64,000 nt of DNA from Eledone cirrhosa (GCA_964016885.1 OZ024758.1:21948001-22012000); one strand, 5' to 3'; positions 1 through 12,702 are shown, counted from the first letter of the stretch. Notes: generated by a model from the letters alone, not told the origin. Program-made: numbers and translations.

Positions 1-370
1 TCTGGGAATGTCTGTGTGTGTGTCTGTGTTTGTGTGTGAATGTGCGTGTGTGTCTGTGAATATCTGTGAATGTCTGTGTGTGTGTCTGTATGTGAATGTG
101 TGTGTGTGTGTGTCTGTGTGTATATGTGTTTGTGTGTGTGTGTGTGTCTGTGTGTATATGTGTGTGTATATGTGCGTGTGTGTGTCTGTATGTGTGTGTG
201 TGTGTGTGTGTGTGAATGTGCGTGTGTGTCTGTGTGTGTTTGTGTATGAATGTCTGTGCGTGTGTCAGTGAGTCTGTGTCAGTGTGTGTATGAATGTCTG
301 TGTGTGTGTTTGTGTGTGTGTGTGTGAGCTTGTGTGTCTGTGTGCAACTGTGTCAGTGTGTCTGTGTGTG
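1..370. repeat. Degenerate (TG)n microsatellite
   Basis: Direct reading: TG dinucleotide tract with TC/TA/GAA interruptions. Confidence 0.95.
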
Positions 371-534
371 AATGAACGAATGAGTGGGTGAGTTTTAGGA
401 TGAGTGGGCGAATGAGTGAGTGATTGAGTGGGTCAGTGAAGGATGGAGGTAGGGATGAGTGGCTGAGTGACGACTGAGTGACGAGTGAGTGGATGAGTGG
501 GTGGGTGAGTGGGTGGCTGCTGAGTGATGTGTGA

Positions 535-1130
535 GTGGGTGAGTGAGTGAGTGAATCAGTGTTAGAGTGAGTGGGTGAGTGAGTGAGTGAATCAGTGCTA
601 GAGTGAGTGGTTGAGTGAGTGAGTGAATCAGTGTTAGAGTGAGTGGGTGAGTGAGTGAGTGAGTGAATCAGTGTTAGGGTGAGTGGGTGAGTGAGTGAGT
701 GAGTGAATCAGTGTTAGAGTGAGTGGGTGAGTGAGTGAGTGAATCAGTGCTAGAGTGAGTGGTTGAGTGAGTGAGTGAATCAGTGTTAGAGTGAGTGGGT
801 GAGTGAGTGAGTGAGTGAATCAGTGTTAGGGTGAGTGAGTGAGTGAGTGAATCAGTGTTAGAGTGAGTGGGTGAGTGAGTGAGTGAATCAGTGTTAGGGT
901 GAGTGGGTGAGTGAGTGAGTGAGTGAGTGAATCAGTGTTAGAGTGAGTGGGTGAGTGAGTGAGTGAATCAGTGTTAGGGTGAGTGGGTGAGTGAGTGAGT
1001 GAATCAGTGTTAGAGTGAGTGGGTGAGTGAGTGAGTGAATCAGTGTTAGAGTGAGTGGGTGGGTGAGTGAGTGAGTGAGTGAGTGAATCAGTGTTAGAAT
1101 GAGTGGGTGAGTGAGTGAATCAGTGAGTGG
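535..1130. repeat. (GAGT)n-derived minisatellite, ~33-41 bp unit GAGTGAGTGAATCAGTGTTAGAGTGAGTGGGT
   Basis: Core GAATCAGTG(T/C)TAG recurs with a variable number of GAGT units between copies. Confidence 0.9.
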
Positions 1131-1561
1131 CTGAGTGATAAGTGATTCATGAGTGATGAGTGAGTATTTCAGTGATGAGTGGAGTATATGTGTGAGTGTG
1201 TCTGAGTGTGAACGAAACCAAGAAATAAAACGATTAAAGAAAGAGAGAAAGTAAGGATAAAGGAAGAAGGAAGGAAGGAAGGAAGAAAAGAAAAAATATA
1301 GAAAGAAAACAAACAAATAGATAAATAAAAGAAAGAAAGAAAGAAAGAAAGAGGCAATGATTTGGTAAAAAAGATTGTTAAAGAGACGAGACAAAGTCAT
1401 GTGGATATTTGAGTCAAAGACAAAATATCAGTCCTGACAATATCATGAAAGACGAAGTTTTAACTAAACCACATAAAAAGATATATATATATATATGTGT
1501 GTGTGTTTGTGTATGTGTGTGTGTGTGTGTGTGTGTGTTTTTATATTTATACATACATATA

Positions 1562-1610
<49 letters not shown>

Positions 1611-1674
1611 ATATATATATATATGTATGTATATGTATATATTTGTATATATTAATATATGTCTATGTATATTG

Positions 1675-2015
1675 CAAACTCCATGGATTACTCGTATGTG
1701 GAGCTTGACCGCGGAATCAACTACCATCCTAGGAGTTTACCAACCCTTCAACCACATCTTCTTACGGAATCACCTTTATAACTCACCCACACACACACCC
1801 CAAAAAAAATTTTTTTTAGCACACGCCACCTACAACCACAACACGCTTAAACCCCACACACACGTGCTTTCCACCACATATTTACACCTTCAGCCTCCGG
1901 ATTCCTCTCCCCCCACCTCTCTATCCACACACGCACACACAGTCCGACCTACACCCCACCCCACACACACCTCTTCCTGAACATGCAACCCCGTTCTTCC
2001 CCCAACCCTTGCTTT

Positions 2016-2046
<31 letters not shown>

Positions 2047-2425
2047 GTACACCTACACACACACACCACCTTCAGCCCTCCCCGCTCGGACACCCCGTCT
2101 CCCTCTCCCCACTCCACCCGCCACCACCCCTACACACCCCACACCCTTCCACCACCTGTTTTACCCCATTTTAATTTTATTTTATTTTGATCATGCTTTT
2201 ATTTTTAATTTAATTCGCACCGTTTCCTCCCACCCCCCTTTTCGCTATATGTCTCTCCACCACTCCCCTACACACCCTTTGAACTCTCTTCCCACACACT
2301 TTTCACCTGAAGAAGGGCTTATGCCCTAAACGTCGTTCCCCACCACCACCCCACTCTCCAGAGCGTGAAATTAATAAACATTCGTTGTACTGCCTCTCTG
2401 TTTTGTTCCTGTTCAAATTTTCCAT
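1675..2425 (+). mobile_element. Probable Penelope-like element 3' remnant ending in a degenerate hammerhead
   Basis: CTGAAGA-A-GGGC-TTAT-GCCC-TAAAC-GTC at 2307-2334, then AATAAA and a short tail abutting (TA)n. This layout is typical of Penelope pseudo-LTR ends. Confidence 0.45.
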
Positions 2426-2458
<33 letters not shown>

Positions 2459-2531
2459 TGAGAGAGAGATACACGTAAATACATATATATATATGTGTGT
2501 GTGTGTGTGTGTATATATGTGTGTGTATATA

Positions 2532-2570
<39 letters not shown>

Positions 2571-2856
2571 AGGCTGTGAATGATTTAAGTTTTTTCTACT
2601 GTCGTGAGCTGTTGGGTAATCTGATGGAAGCAAGTTTGTTTTAGTTTTTCATATTTGTTATTTTTGTTGTTGTTGTTGTTTCATTTAATATAAATTATAT
2701 CTTTATCTTCACTTGTTTCTTGTCACGCTATTTCTCTGTTTAGATTTATGTATGTGTGTGTATATTTGTGTGGGTGCGTGTGTGGTTGTGTGTGTGTTTG
2801 TGTGTGTGTTTGTGTGTTTATGTCTGTGTATGTGTGTAAATATATATACATATACA

Positions 2857-2964
<108 letters not shown>

Positions 2965-3067
2965 GCATACATACATACACATATATATAGTGACACATAT
3001 AGATATATATAGATATATATATACATGTGTGTTCGTGTGTGTGAGGAATTATATGTATTTGTGTATA

Positions 3068-3189
<122 letters not shown>

Positions 3190-3214
3190 CATATACCATT
3201 GACTGTTCTCAGTG

Positions 3215-3600
3215 TTGACAATTCTGTTCCATTGTATTATATCTTTAAAGATCGCTGTAAAACTTTTTCCACCAGTTGATGGTTTGATGATACGACATTT
3301 TTCAAACGAGAACGATCTATCGTTGCTAGTGATTTAAATATCTCAGACTCAATGCTGTTCAGTTGGGTTCAATCAAGAATTTCCTTATCTTCCACGTGTA
3401 CACGATTGGAAATTTCCTTGGATACAAATGATTTCCTTGGATACAAATTAGAGGATAATTCCAAGATACCTGAAATGGTCATTTTGTTCAGCATGGTTGT
3501 TGTAAATTTAATTTGAACAAAATTATTTCTATTTCAATTGGAGATTAACCTAGGCCATTCGATTTATTTCAAATATTAAGTTCTGAACCAAACTTTCATT
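3215..3600 (-). mobile_element. Degenerate RTE-clade LINE, C-terminal part of the RT domain
   Basis: Minus-strand translation with stops and frameshifts gives IYNNHAEQNDHFRYLGIIL ... EDKEI ... IKPST ... YNGTE. This matches the RTE pattern DxFxYLGSxLS...EIxxRI...TKxxVY...LLYGxE. Confidence 0.65.
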
Positions 3601-3987
3601 TAGGAATCGATCTACAAGATCTCAGACCTCGTTTGCTTACCGAATGGGGTGGAACTCGTCAAACCTGACCAAGGAAATAATGTTTCAATTTGTGTTTCCT
3701 GTTGTGCGAGAGTACGACGCCTCTCTGGCGAGAATGGGCAGGACCACATATAAATAGTATCGGTCTGAGTAAGTGGAAAAGTTGGTACTAGTTCCATAGT
3801 TCATGTGTTGATAGTCAAAGTTGGAGTTCATGTTAACAGTTCGATTTAGCGTGTTGGATTGTTGGTTCTTAAAAGATTGTTGTTCCGTTACGTGTGTTTA
3901 TTGTCGTTTGTTTCGATTATATTGTTATTACACTGTTGCAGTTTATCCATAAGGACATAACACTTCCTTTGCTGCTAACATCTACCG

Positions 3988-5245
3988 GTCGCAGTTACTG
4001 TCAGGTCACAACTCCTGACAGATCGTAAGTCCTGTCAGGTTGCAGTTCCTGAAAGTTCGTAACTCCTGGCATGCCGTAACACCAGCGAGTTCGTTACTAC
4101 TGACATACCATAGCTCCTGTCACGTCGCAGCTCCTGAAAGGTCGTAACTCCCCGCATGTCGTAACAGCTGAGATGTCGTGACTACTGACATACCATAGCT
4201 CCTAGCAGGTCGCAGCTCCTGAAAGGTCGTAACTCCCCGCATGTCGTAACAGCTGAGATGTCGTGACTACTGACATACCATAGCTCCTGTCACGTCGCAG
4301 CTCCTGAAAGGTCGTAACTCCCCGCATGTCGTAACAGCTGAGATGTCGCGACTATTGACATACCATAGCTCCTGTCACGTCGCAGCTCCTGAAAGGTCGT
4401 AACTCCCCGCATGTCGTAACAGCTGAGATGTCGTGACTACTGACATACCATAGCTCCTAGCAGGTCGCAGCTCCTGAAAGGTCGTAACTCCCCGCATGTC
4501 GTAACAGCTGAGATGTCGTGACTACTGACATACCATAGCTCCTGTCACGTCGCAGCTCCTGAAAGGTCGTAACTCCCCGCATGTCGTAACAGCTGAGATG
4601 TCGCGACTATTGACATACCATAGCTCCTGTCACGTCGCAGCTCCTGAAAGGTCGTAACTCCCCGCATGTCGTAACAGCTGAGATGTCGTGACTACTGACA
4701 TACCATAGCTCCTAGCAGGTCGCAGCTCCTGAAAGGTCGTAACTCCCCGCATGTCGTAACAGCTGAGATCTCGTGACTACTGACATACCATAGCTCCTAG
4801 CAGGTCGCAGCTCCTGAAAGGTCGTAACTCCCCGCATGTCGTAACAGCTGAGATGTCGTGACTACTGACATACCGTAGCTCCTGTCACGTCGCAGCTCCT
4901 GAAAGGTCGTAACTCCCCGCATGTCGTAACAGCTGAGATCTCGTGACTACTGACATACCGTAGCTCCTAGCAGGTCGCAGCTCCTGAAAGGTCGTAACTC
5001 CCCGCATGTCGTAACAGCTGAGATGTCGTTACTACTGACATACCATAGCTCCTAGCAGGTCGCAGCTCCTGAAAGGTCGTAACTCCCCGCATGTCGTAAC
5101 AGCTGAGATGTCGTGACTACTGACATACCATAGCTCCTAGCAGGTCGCAGCTCCAGAAAGTCGTAACTCCCCGCATGTCGTAACAGCTGAGATGTCGTGA
5201 CTACTGACATACCATAGCTCCTAGCAGGTCGCAGCTCCTTGCAGG
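3988..5245. repeat. 85-bp minisatellite (5 x 17-bp subunits), 13 near-identical copies plus diverged 17-mers
   Basis: GTCGCAGCTCCTGAAAG starts at 4124, 4209, 4294 ... 5059, 5144 (period 85). Confidence 0.97.
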
Positions 5246-5510
5246 TAGCAAAACCTTCATAGACATTTACAAATATATCTGACAGAGCCTGTAGATTTTC
5301 AGGGCTACGCTTTCCGATGGTTTTATCATCAGCATATTGAAACTGACATAAAATATTCACGATAGTTTTTTTCAGTTATTTTGGATCTTCGATGTTTAAA
5401 CATATTCGATCCATAACGATATTGGATAAGAATTTTAGCTAAGATTTATGTTATTGATCTCAGTAGCGTAGCTCCATCGTATAGATTAAACAAGATAGGA
5501 GCCAATAGGG
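5245..5510 (-). mobile_element. Degenerate RTE/BovB-like LINE RT core (YADD)
   Basis: Minus strand reads LLAPILFNLYDGATLL...ILIQYRYGSNMFKHRRSKITEK, then after a frameshift FQYADDKTIGKRSPENLQALSDIFVNVYEGF. It carries the RT LAPxLF and YADD motifs with the RTE-type YRxDGxLFNxRRL insert. Confidence 0.85.
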
Positions 5511-5780
5511 AAAAAACAGATAAGGATTCCCTATGTAAGTATCTGCCTTGTCATATCTTTCTAGGGGTCTTTGACATCTCTTTAAAAAAATGAGTTTGAG
5601 CAACCGAAGCATCCAGGAACCCTTCGTAGATTGTCACGAGGCACAGTATCGAGTGATTTGATAAAAACATAAAATTTTATACAGAGAACGACAATGTTCT
5701 AGACATTTTTTCATGAATCTGATGTATGGAAAACATCATATCCACATTATATACATATAAAAATTAAACAAGATAGTGTA

Positions 5781-5968
5781 GTGGATTGGCAGTATCGGTA
5801 GAGGGTCGGACGCCATGCTTTGACGCATAGAGTTACGGCCCTTGCCATTCTGAATTCAAATCCCGCCGAAGTTAACTTTGCCTTTCATCCTTACGGGGTC
5901 GATAAAATAAAGTACCAGTAATGCACTGGGTAATTGCTGGCCTTGTGCCAAAAAGTAGAAACAATTAT
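5781..5968 (+). mobile_element. SINE (family A; tRNA-like head, central GCCTTTCATCCTTACGGGGTCGATAAAATAAAGTACCAG, tail GTAGAAACAATTAT)
   Basis: Matches the other copies in the window. It is flanked by the 20-bp direct repeat ATTATATACATATAAAAATT (5746-5765 and 5964-5983). Confidence 0.92.
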
Positions 5969-5983
5969 ATACATATAAAAATT

Positions 5984-6200
5984 CAAGCATAACAGACCAG
6001 ATCTCATGATATGGGACAGGGAAAAGAAGATATGCACAGTAGTAGAAGTTAGCTGCCCAGCAGATGCCAATATAATATCAAAGATTAGCGAAAATGAGAA
6101 TATCTATGCAGAACTAATGAGAAATCTGCAGATACTCCATATTTACTATACCTTCAGATTTATACCTGTGATTATTGTGGCACTGGGATTTGTTAGTAAC
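5984..6200 (+). mobile_element. Fragment of R4/Dong-like retrotransposon restriction-like endonuclease
   Basis: KHNRPDLMIWDREKKICTVVEVSCPADANIISKISENENIYAELMRNLQIL...FIPVIIVALG is near-identical to the copy at 41777-42130. It has the PD..E..K..Y endonuclease pattern. Confidence 0.85.
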
Positions 6201-6600
6201 TGGATGCAAACGAAGTCGCAGGTTTTATATCAGAGTGACCTTCTCCTCGCGAGATGTCTTAACAAAGACTAGGAGTCTTTCGCTCCACAAAACATGATGC
6301 CTGCCTCCTCGTTATCGAGTATGGCCATTGCACTATATAACATTAATTATTATCAATTAGTGTGCAATGCCTGTGCGTGAAGATTTTTTTAAAGTGACTC
6401 TCTGAGCGACAGTAGCTATAACACGAAAAGAAGAAAATATCAACATCATCGGTAACTACTGAACCGCAGGTTTTTATGTCGGAGTTATCCCAGTTTCCTG
6501 AGTTGCCTCCTCCTAGAAGAATGCCCCGACAGAGGCTAGGGGTCCTTCACTCCCGGTGGTTTAACTGCGCGATCGTGTATCCAGCCCGACTATTTCTATG
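6200..6600 (-). mobile_element. Two adjacent fragments of an RTE-5'UTR-like repeat family
   Basis: The reverse complement of 6395-6510 matches 54771-54890. The reverse complement of 6215-6260 (GAGGAGAAGGTCACTCTGATATAAAACCTGC) resembles 54176-54208, and 6305-6332 matches 55118-55145 in reverse. Confidence 0.6.
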
Positions 6601-6732
6601 TCCCCGCGCATATACATACACATGCATACATGAATATACATATGTATATATATATATACATACAGATGCATACATGTATAGACATATTTACACAATTTAA
6701 GATGGCCGTTGACTCTGGCATACATACATACA

Positions 6733-6764
<32 letters not shown>

Positions 6765-6809
6765 CACATATATATATATATATACACATATATATATATA
6801 TATATACAC

Positions 6810-6927
<118 letters not shown>

Positions 6928-7006
6928 GTATATATATATACACGCACACAACAGGTGTTTATTTCAGGTTTTAACAAATGTATATATATGTGTGTACCTA
7001 TGTATG

Positions 7007-7037
<31 letters not shown>

Positions 7038-7049
7038 TCTCATATATAC

Positions 7050-7142
<93 letters not shown>

Positions 7143-7191
7143 CATACATACATACATATATATATACATACATACATACATATACATATAT

Positions 7192-7283
<92 letters not shown>

Positions 7284-7453
7284 GTTGTTTATGTTGATGT
7301 GCACATCGCTGTATATACATGCGAGAGAGGAGACATTTTTCCATCGGTTCATCGAAGTTTCAGACGATAGAGATGATGTCACGTACAACATGGTGAGTCG
7401 AATCTTTGAACGCTTGTTGCACGTGACTGTCTGTTTGTTTGCGTGTGAGTGTC

Positions 7454-7516
<63 letters not shown>

Positions 7517-8060
7517 TTGCCTGTTTGCCTGTTTGTCTGTCTGCGTGTTTATGTGTTTGTGTGATTGTCTGTTTGTGTGTTTGTGTGTTTGTATATATGT
7601 ATGTTTGTTTGATTACCTGTTTGTGTATTCATGTGTGTTTGTATGCTTACGTGTTTGTGTGATTACCTGTTTGCCTGTTTGTCTGTATATGTGTATGTGT
7701 GTTAGTGTTTGTATGTGTGTATGTGTTTGCGTGTTTGTATGTTTATGTGTTTTTGTGATTGACTGTGTATGTGTGTATGTGTTTGCGTGTTTGTATGTTT
7801 ATGTGTTTTTGTGATTGACTGTGTATGTGTGTATGTGTGTTCGTGTGTTTATGTGTTTGTATGTTTGTATGTGTATGTGTTTGTGTGTAAGTGTATGTAT
7901 GTTTGTATGTGTTTGTGTGATTGCCTGTATGTCTGTATATTTGTGTTTGTGTTTGTATGGTTATGTGTTTGTGTTAGTGTTTGTATGTGTGTATGTTTGT
8001 ATGTACACGGTAAAATATAGATTTGAACTTAAAGTGCAGGTAAAAGAGAGAAAATGAGAA

Positions 8061-8250
8061 ATAATTGTTTCTACTTTAGGCACAAGGCCAGCAATTACCC
8101 ATTGCATTACTGGTACTTTATTTTATCAACCCCGTAAGGATGAAAGGCAAAGTCAACCTCGGCGGGATTTGAACTCAGATCGTAAAGGGACGTAACTATG
8201 CTGGAAAGCATGGCGTCCGACCCTCTACCGATACTGCCAATCCACCGCCC
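8061..8250 (-). mobile_element. SINE family A, full length, with 16-bp target-site duplication
   Basis: Reverse complement of the family consensus. TSD GAAAATGAGAAATAAT at 8050-8065 and 8253-8268. Confidence 0.95.
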
Positions 8251-8424
8251 TTGAAAATGAGAAATAATGTTTGTGAGATCAAGAATGAAAGAAAGAAAAA
8301 TGGAGAGAGAGAATAAGAAAGATATATATATAGAGAGAGAGAGAGAGAGGGAGATAAGTGTGTGTGCGTGTATGTCTGTGTGTGTGTGTCTGTGTGTGTG
8401 TCTGTGTGTGTGTGTGCGTGCTTG

Positions 8425-8755
8425 GTATAGCTCTTGGCTTGTCGCCTCTGCTAGCTCTTCCTAACAATTTCATCTTTAAATCTCCAGCCATGCCCTGCCA
8501 ATGTTACTCTACGCTCTTGGATGATGTCTGATACTGGACAAATTGTCCCCTACTGTCGCTCATTGGTCAGACGATCTCCCCAAGTGGCATGCAAAGTCAT
8601 TCTTAACATATCAATGCAGGCTCCATCTAACTTGCCTTCCGCTCTTCTGTTAATTTTGCTGGATTTATTTTTATGTGATGTGTAATTTTATTCTGTTTAC
8701 TAATTGTTATGGAAGAAGGAGTATGGATGAATGTTTCCATGAAAATTGTGTGATC
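8425..8755 (-). mobile_element. Degenerate RTE-clade LINE ORF2 C-terminal fragment
   Basis: Minus strand reads LDGACIDMLRMTLHATWGDRLTNERQ*GTICPVSDIIQERRVTLAGHGWR...RGRQAKSY. This matches LDGxYTRMLR...W...TN..LYG..P.VS..I..RR..LAGH.R...RGRP..TY. Confidence 0.75.
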
Positions 8756-8775
8756 TTTATTATTATTATTATTTA

Positions 8776-8980
8776 GGGCGGTGGATTGGCAGTAATGGGA
8801 GAGGGTCGGACGCCATGCTTTGACGTATAGAGTTACGGCCCTTGCCATTCTGAGTTCAAATCCCGCCGAGGTTAACTTTGCCTTTCATCCTTACGGGGTC
8901 GATAAAATAAAGTACCAGTAATGCACTGGGTAATTTGCTGGCCTTGTGCCTAACGTAGAAACAATTATTATTATTATTAT
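8776..8980 (+). mobile_element. SINE family A, full length, (ATT)n tail
   Basis: GGGCGGTGGATTGGCAG ... GTAGAAACAATTATTATT, flanked on both sides by (TTA)n. Confidence 0.95.
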
Positions 8981-9198
8981 TTTTAATTTGTGTTCCTGTT
9001 TTGCTTCTTGGATATATTTTTGTTTTATATTTTCATAAGGGTGGGGGGTTCTATTGTATTTTCCTTGTGTTTGAAGTTTCATTTATTGTACGTGCGGCCA
9101 TTTTTGTTGGCGTGTTGTCTCTCTATCGTTAAGGATTCTGGTTTTTATATGGTGGCGTCTGTTATGATGCTTTCTCTAGTTTCATTTCAAATAGTAAA

Positions 9199-9283
9199 AG
9201 TGCGTGACCTAGTGGTTAAGGTGTCGAACTCAAGATCACAAGATTGTGGGTTCAATCACTTGTGCCAAAAGTAAAAACAATTA
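9199..9283 (+). mobile_element. Internally deleted tRNA-derived SINE (head joined to family-A-like tail)
   Basis: A-box-like TGACCTAGTGGTTAAGG and B-box-like GGTTCAATC, immediately followed by CTTGTGCCAAAAGTAAAAACAATT. Confidence 0.55.
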
Positions 9284-9575
9284 AATTAAGCTACGCCATT
9301 TATCATCCAACTTTACTCGATGCTTCCTGAAATTCGCTAATACTACACTTGATATCCCTCTCCATACACACACAAACACGTGTATTTCATGACTCATACA
9401 CTTCATTTTCCTGACATTTGAACATTATTCTATGTACTATACATGCACCTTTGATGAGTTGTAGTGCACTTGAGCTCTGTACACAATAATTTCATTATTT
9501 TTATTATTATTTCACGCCTCTATCTAGAGTGGTATCTTATGGCAGGAAATCCTCAGCCAATCAGAGGCCATAGTT

Positions 9576-9764
9576 TTGGCAGTATCGGTAGAGAGTCGGA
9601 CGCCATGCTTTGACGTAATAGAGTTACGGCCCTTTCCATTCTGAGTTCAAATCCCGCCGAGGTTAACTTTGCCTTTCATCCTTACGGGGTCGATAAAATA
9701 AAGTACCAGTAATGCACTGGGATACGTGCTGGCCTTGTGCCTAAAGTAGAAACAATTATTATTA
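9576..9764 (+). mobile_element. SINE family A
   Basis: Aligns by eye with the other copies from TTGGCAGTATCGGTAG to GTAGAAACAATTATT. Confidence 0.93.
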
Positions 9765-10475
9765 TCATCGATAAATTTCTTACTTTAAGACTTCGAATTT
9801 TGTATTTAATAGAAAAATATTACACTTTGAACTTAGCCAAAAAGCCGAAATCAATTGGTAAATGTGATAGTATATACCATCAACCTAAAATGATGTTTTA
9901 CAATATATAGAAACTTGTACTGTCAAAAAGGGCAGTTTTTTTTTTATATTTTACTGGTCCAGTGAACGGTTTAATGAAAGTTATAAAAATTTGATTAAAA
10001 ATGTTGATAGTTTATTTACTAAAATACTATATTATTATTTACAAAATATTGATTGTTTTTACATTGGTTCTTTTCTATCGAATTCAAAAGTAACATATAA
10101 AATCGAAATGGAAGCAACGGAACGCACATCATTTTTGCATATTTAGTACTACTTATATTAGTTTTTGTATATTTAGTACTACTTATGTTAGTTTGTGTAT
10201 ATTTAGTACTACTTATATTAGATTGTATATACAAAGACATATACCTTTTTTATGTATTTTACTTATGTTTCAATAAATTCCATAATAGGAAGAAACATAG
10301 AAGACTTTCCAGCTATGACCATCTAGTCAATATATCATTTAATATAAATGGTATATATAGTATAATATGATGTATGAACATTTAATATATTTACGAATTA
10401 TATATATATATATACACACACACATATATATATATATATAAAGAAACATTTTATATATATATATATAAAATGTTT

Positions 10476-10510
<35 letters not shown>

Positions 10511-10564
10511 GTAGGAACATTTAATATATTTACAAATTATATTATATATATATATATATGTATG

Positions 10565-10606
<42 letters not shown>

Positions 10607-11094
10607 AGAATATTTTCGAAACATATATATATGTATATATATATATATAATGGTTCTTTTTCTTTTATATATTTCATTATGATGTTTTACTGAAACGAAA
10701 GTAAAATTTTGGTTGACTGGATGCTCACGGGTGGAACGCTATTATCTTATTTTCTATTATAGAATGTTTTGTATATAAAAGTATATATACAAACTTAATT
10801 ACATAGGAGTGTTGAAAAAGAAACTTAGTACACTACATTTGTCCTATTGTCGCTTCCGTTTTAGTTTTTGGTGTGTTAGAAATATACAGCACAACCGAAA
10901 GATTTACATGTAAATATCATTATACCGGAAGTCCTTTTATCAATGTATTCATAGCAAAACTGATTTCTAAAAAGACTTGGAGTTTACCATCGTTATTTAT
11001 TAGTAGAGGAAGATTGCATAAAACAACATAAATCTAACGTCTTACTGTAAAGTAGTCTCATTTCCTCTCAGACTCACTCTCACTCTCTCTCTCT

Positions 11095-11129
<35 letters not shown>

Positions 11130-11134
<5 letters not shown>

Positions 11135-11730
11135 CACTCACTCACTCACTCGCTCATTCACTCACTCACTCACTCGCTCATTCACTCACTCACTCGCTCA
11201 TGCATTGACTCATTCACTCACTCATTCGCTCACTCACTCACTCGTTCACTCACTCGTTCACTCACTCACTCACTCACTCACTCACTCACTCACTCACTCG
11301 TTCAGTTACTCACTCACTCGTTCACTCACTCACTCACCCACTCACTCGTTCACTCACTCACTCGTTCACTCACTCACTCACTCACTCGTTCACTCACTGA
11401 CTCGTTCATTCACTCACTCACTCACTCACTCGTTCACTCACTCACTCACTCGTTCATTCACTCACTCACTCACTCGTTCACTCGTTCACTCGTTCACTCA
11501 CTCACTCGTTCACTCGTTCACTCACTCACTCACTCGTTCATTCACTCACTCGTTCACTCGCTCATTCACTCACTCACTCGTTCACTTGTTCACTCACTCA
11601 CTCGTTCACTCGTTCACTCACTCACTTATTCACTCACTCACTCACTCGTTCACTCATTCACTCTCTTACTCACTCCTTCACTCTCTTACTCACTCCCTCA
11701 CTCGTTCCCTCCTTCACTCACTCACTCATT
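11130..11730. repeat. (ACTC)n microsatellite with ACTCGTTC variants
   Basis: Direct reading. Confidence 0.95.
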
Positions 11731-11858
11731 CCTTTTCTGTCTGTCATAAATACCTCATCTTAACATTTACTTAATACATACGTCTGTTGTCACACTGTTT
11801 GTCATTTCACAGTCAACAAAAACACTAAGCTCATTATGATATACGGATTATTATTATA

Positions 11859-12702
11859 GTGGATTGGCAGTATTGGTAGAGGGTCGGACGCCATGCTTTG
11901 ACGTATAGAGTTACGCCCTTGCCATTCCGAGTTCAAATCCTGCCAAGGTTAACTTTGCCTTTCATCCTTACGGGGTCGATAAAATAAAGTACCAGTAATG
12001 CACTGGGTAATTGCTGGCCTTGTGCCAAAAGTAGAAACAATTATTAGTTAGGGCGGTGAATTGGCAGTATCGGTAGAGGGTCGGACGCCATGCTTTCCAG
12101 CATAGTTACGTCCCTTTACAGTCTGAGTTCAAATCCCGCTGAGGTTGACTTTGCCTTTCATCCTTACGGGGTCGATAAAATAAAGTACCAGTAATGCACT
12201 GGGTAACTGCTGGCCTTGTGTCTAACGTAGAAACAATTATTATATCAGAATCGGTAGAGCGACAGACACCATGCTTTGCAGCACAGAGTTACGCCCATTT
12301 ACGTTCTGAGTTCAAATCCTGTCGAGGTTAACATTGCTTTTCATTCTTACGGGGTCGATAAAATAAAGTACCAGTAATACACTGGAGTCAATTTAATCGA
12401 CTTTCCCCTCCCCCCAAAATTGCTGGCCTTGTGCCTATACTATACTAGAAATCATTATTATTATTAGTAGTAGTATTATTGGATTGGCAGTAATCGGTAG
12501 AGCCATGGACACTATGCTTTGAAGCATAGAGTTGTGGCCCTTTACGTTCTGAGTTCAAATTTGATTTTTATTTTACGGGGTCGATAAAGTAAGGTAAAGT
12601 CATGCACTGAAGTCGATTTAATTGACTATCCCCTGCCACTCCTCCCCCCCCCCCAAATTACTGGCCTTGTGCCTATACTAGAAATACTTATTATTATTAT
12701 TA
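11859..12702 (+). mobile_element. Four head-to-tail SINE family A copies (11859-12046, 12051-12243, 12246-12480, 12481-12702)
   Basis: Each has the head, the GGGGTCGATAAA core and the GGCCTTGTG..TAGAAA tail. The last two are a longer, more diverged variant with an extra GTCGATTTAATCGACT...CCCCCC segment. Confidence 0.92.

Noticed and set aside
370-1200. Telomeric repeat (GTTAGGG occurrences)
   Set aside because: These are isolated variants within a GAGT-based minisatellite, not a tandem (TTAGGG)n array.
3589-5260. CCAAACTTTCAT / CAAAACCTTCAT as a TSD around the insertion splitting the RTE LINE
   Set aside because: The match is short, imperfect and AT-rich, so it cannot be distinguished from chance.
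7364-7392. Possible 29-nt plus-strand exon (TTTCAG / ...ACAACATG / GTGAGT)
   Set aside because: The donor is good, but the polypyrimidine tract is poor, the length is not frame-preserving, and there are no partner exons or recognisable peptide.
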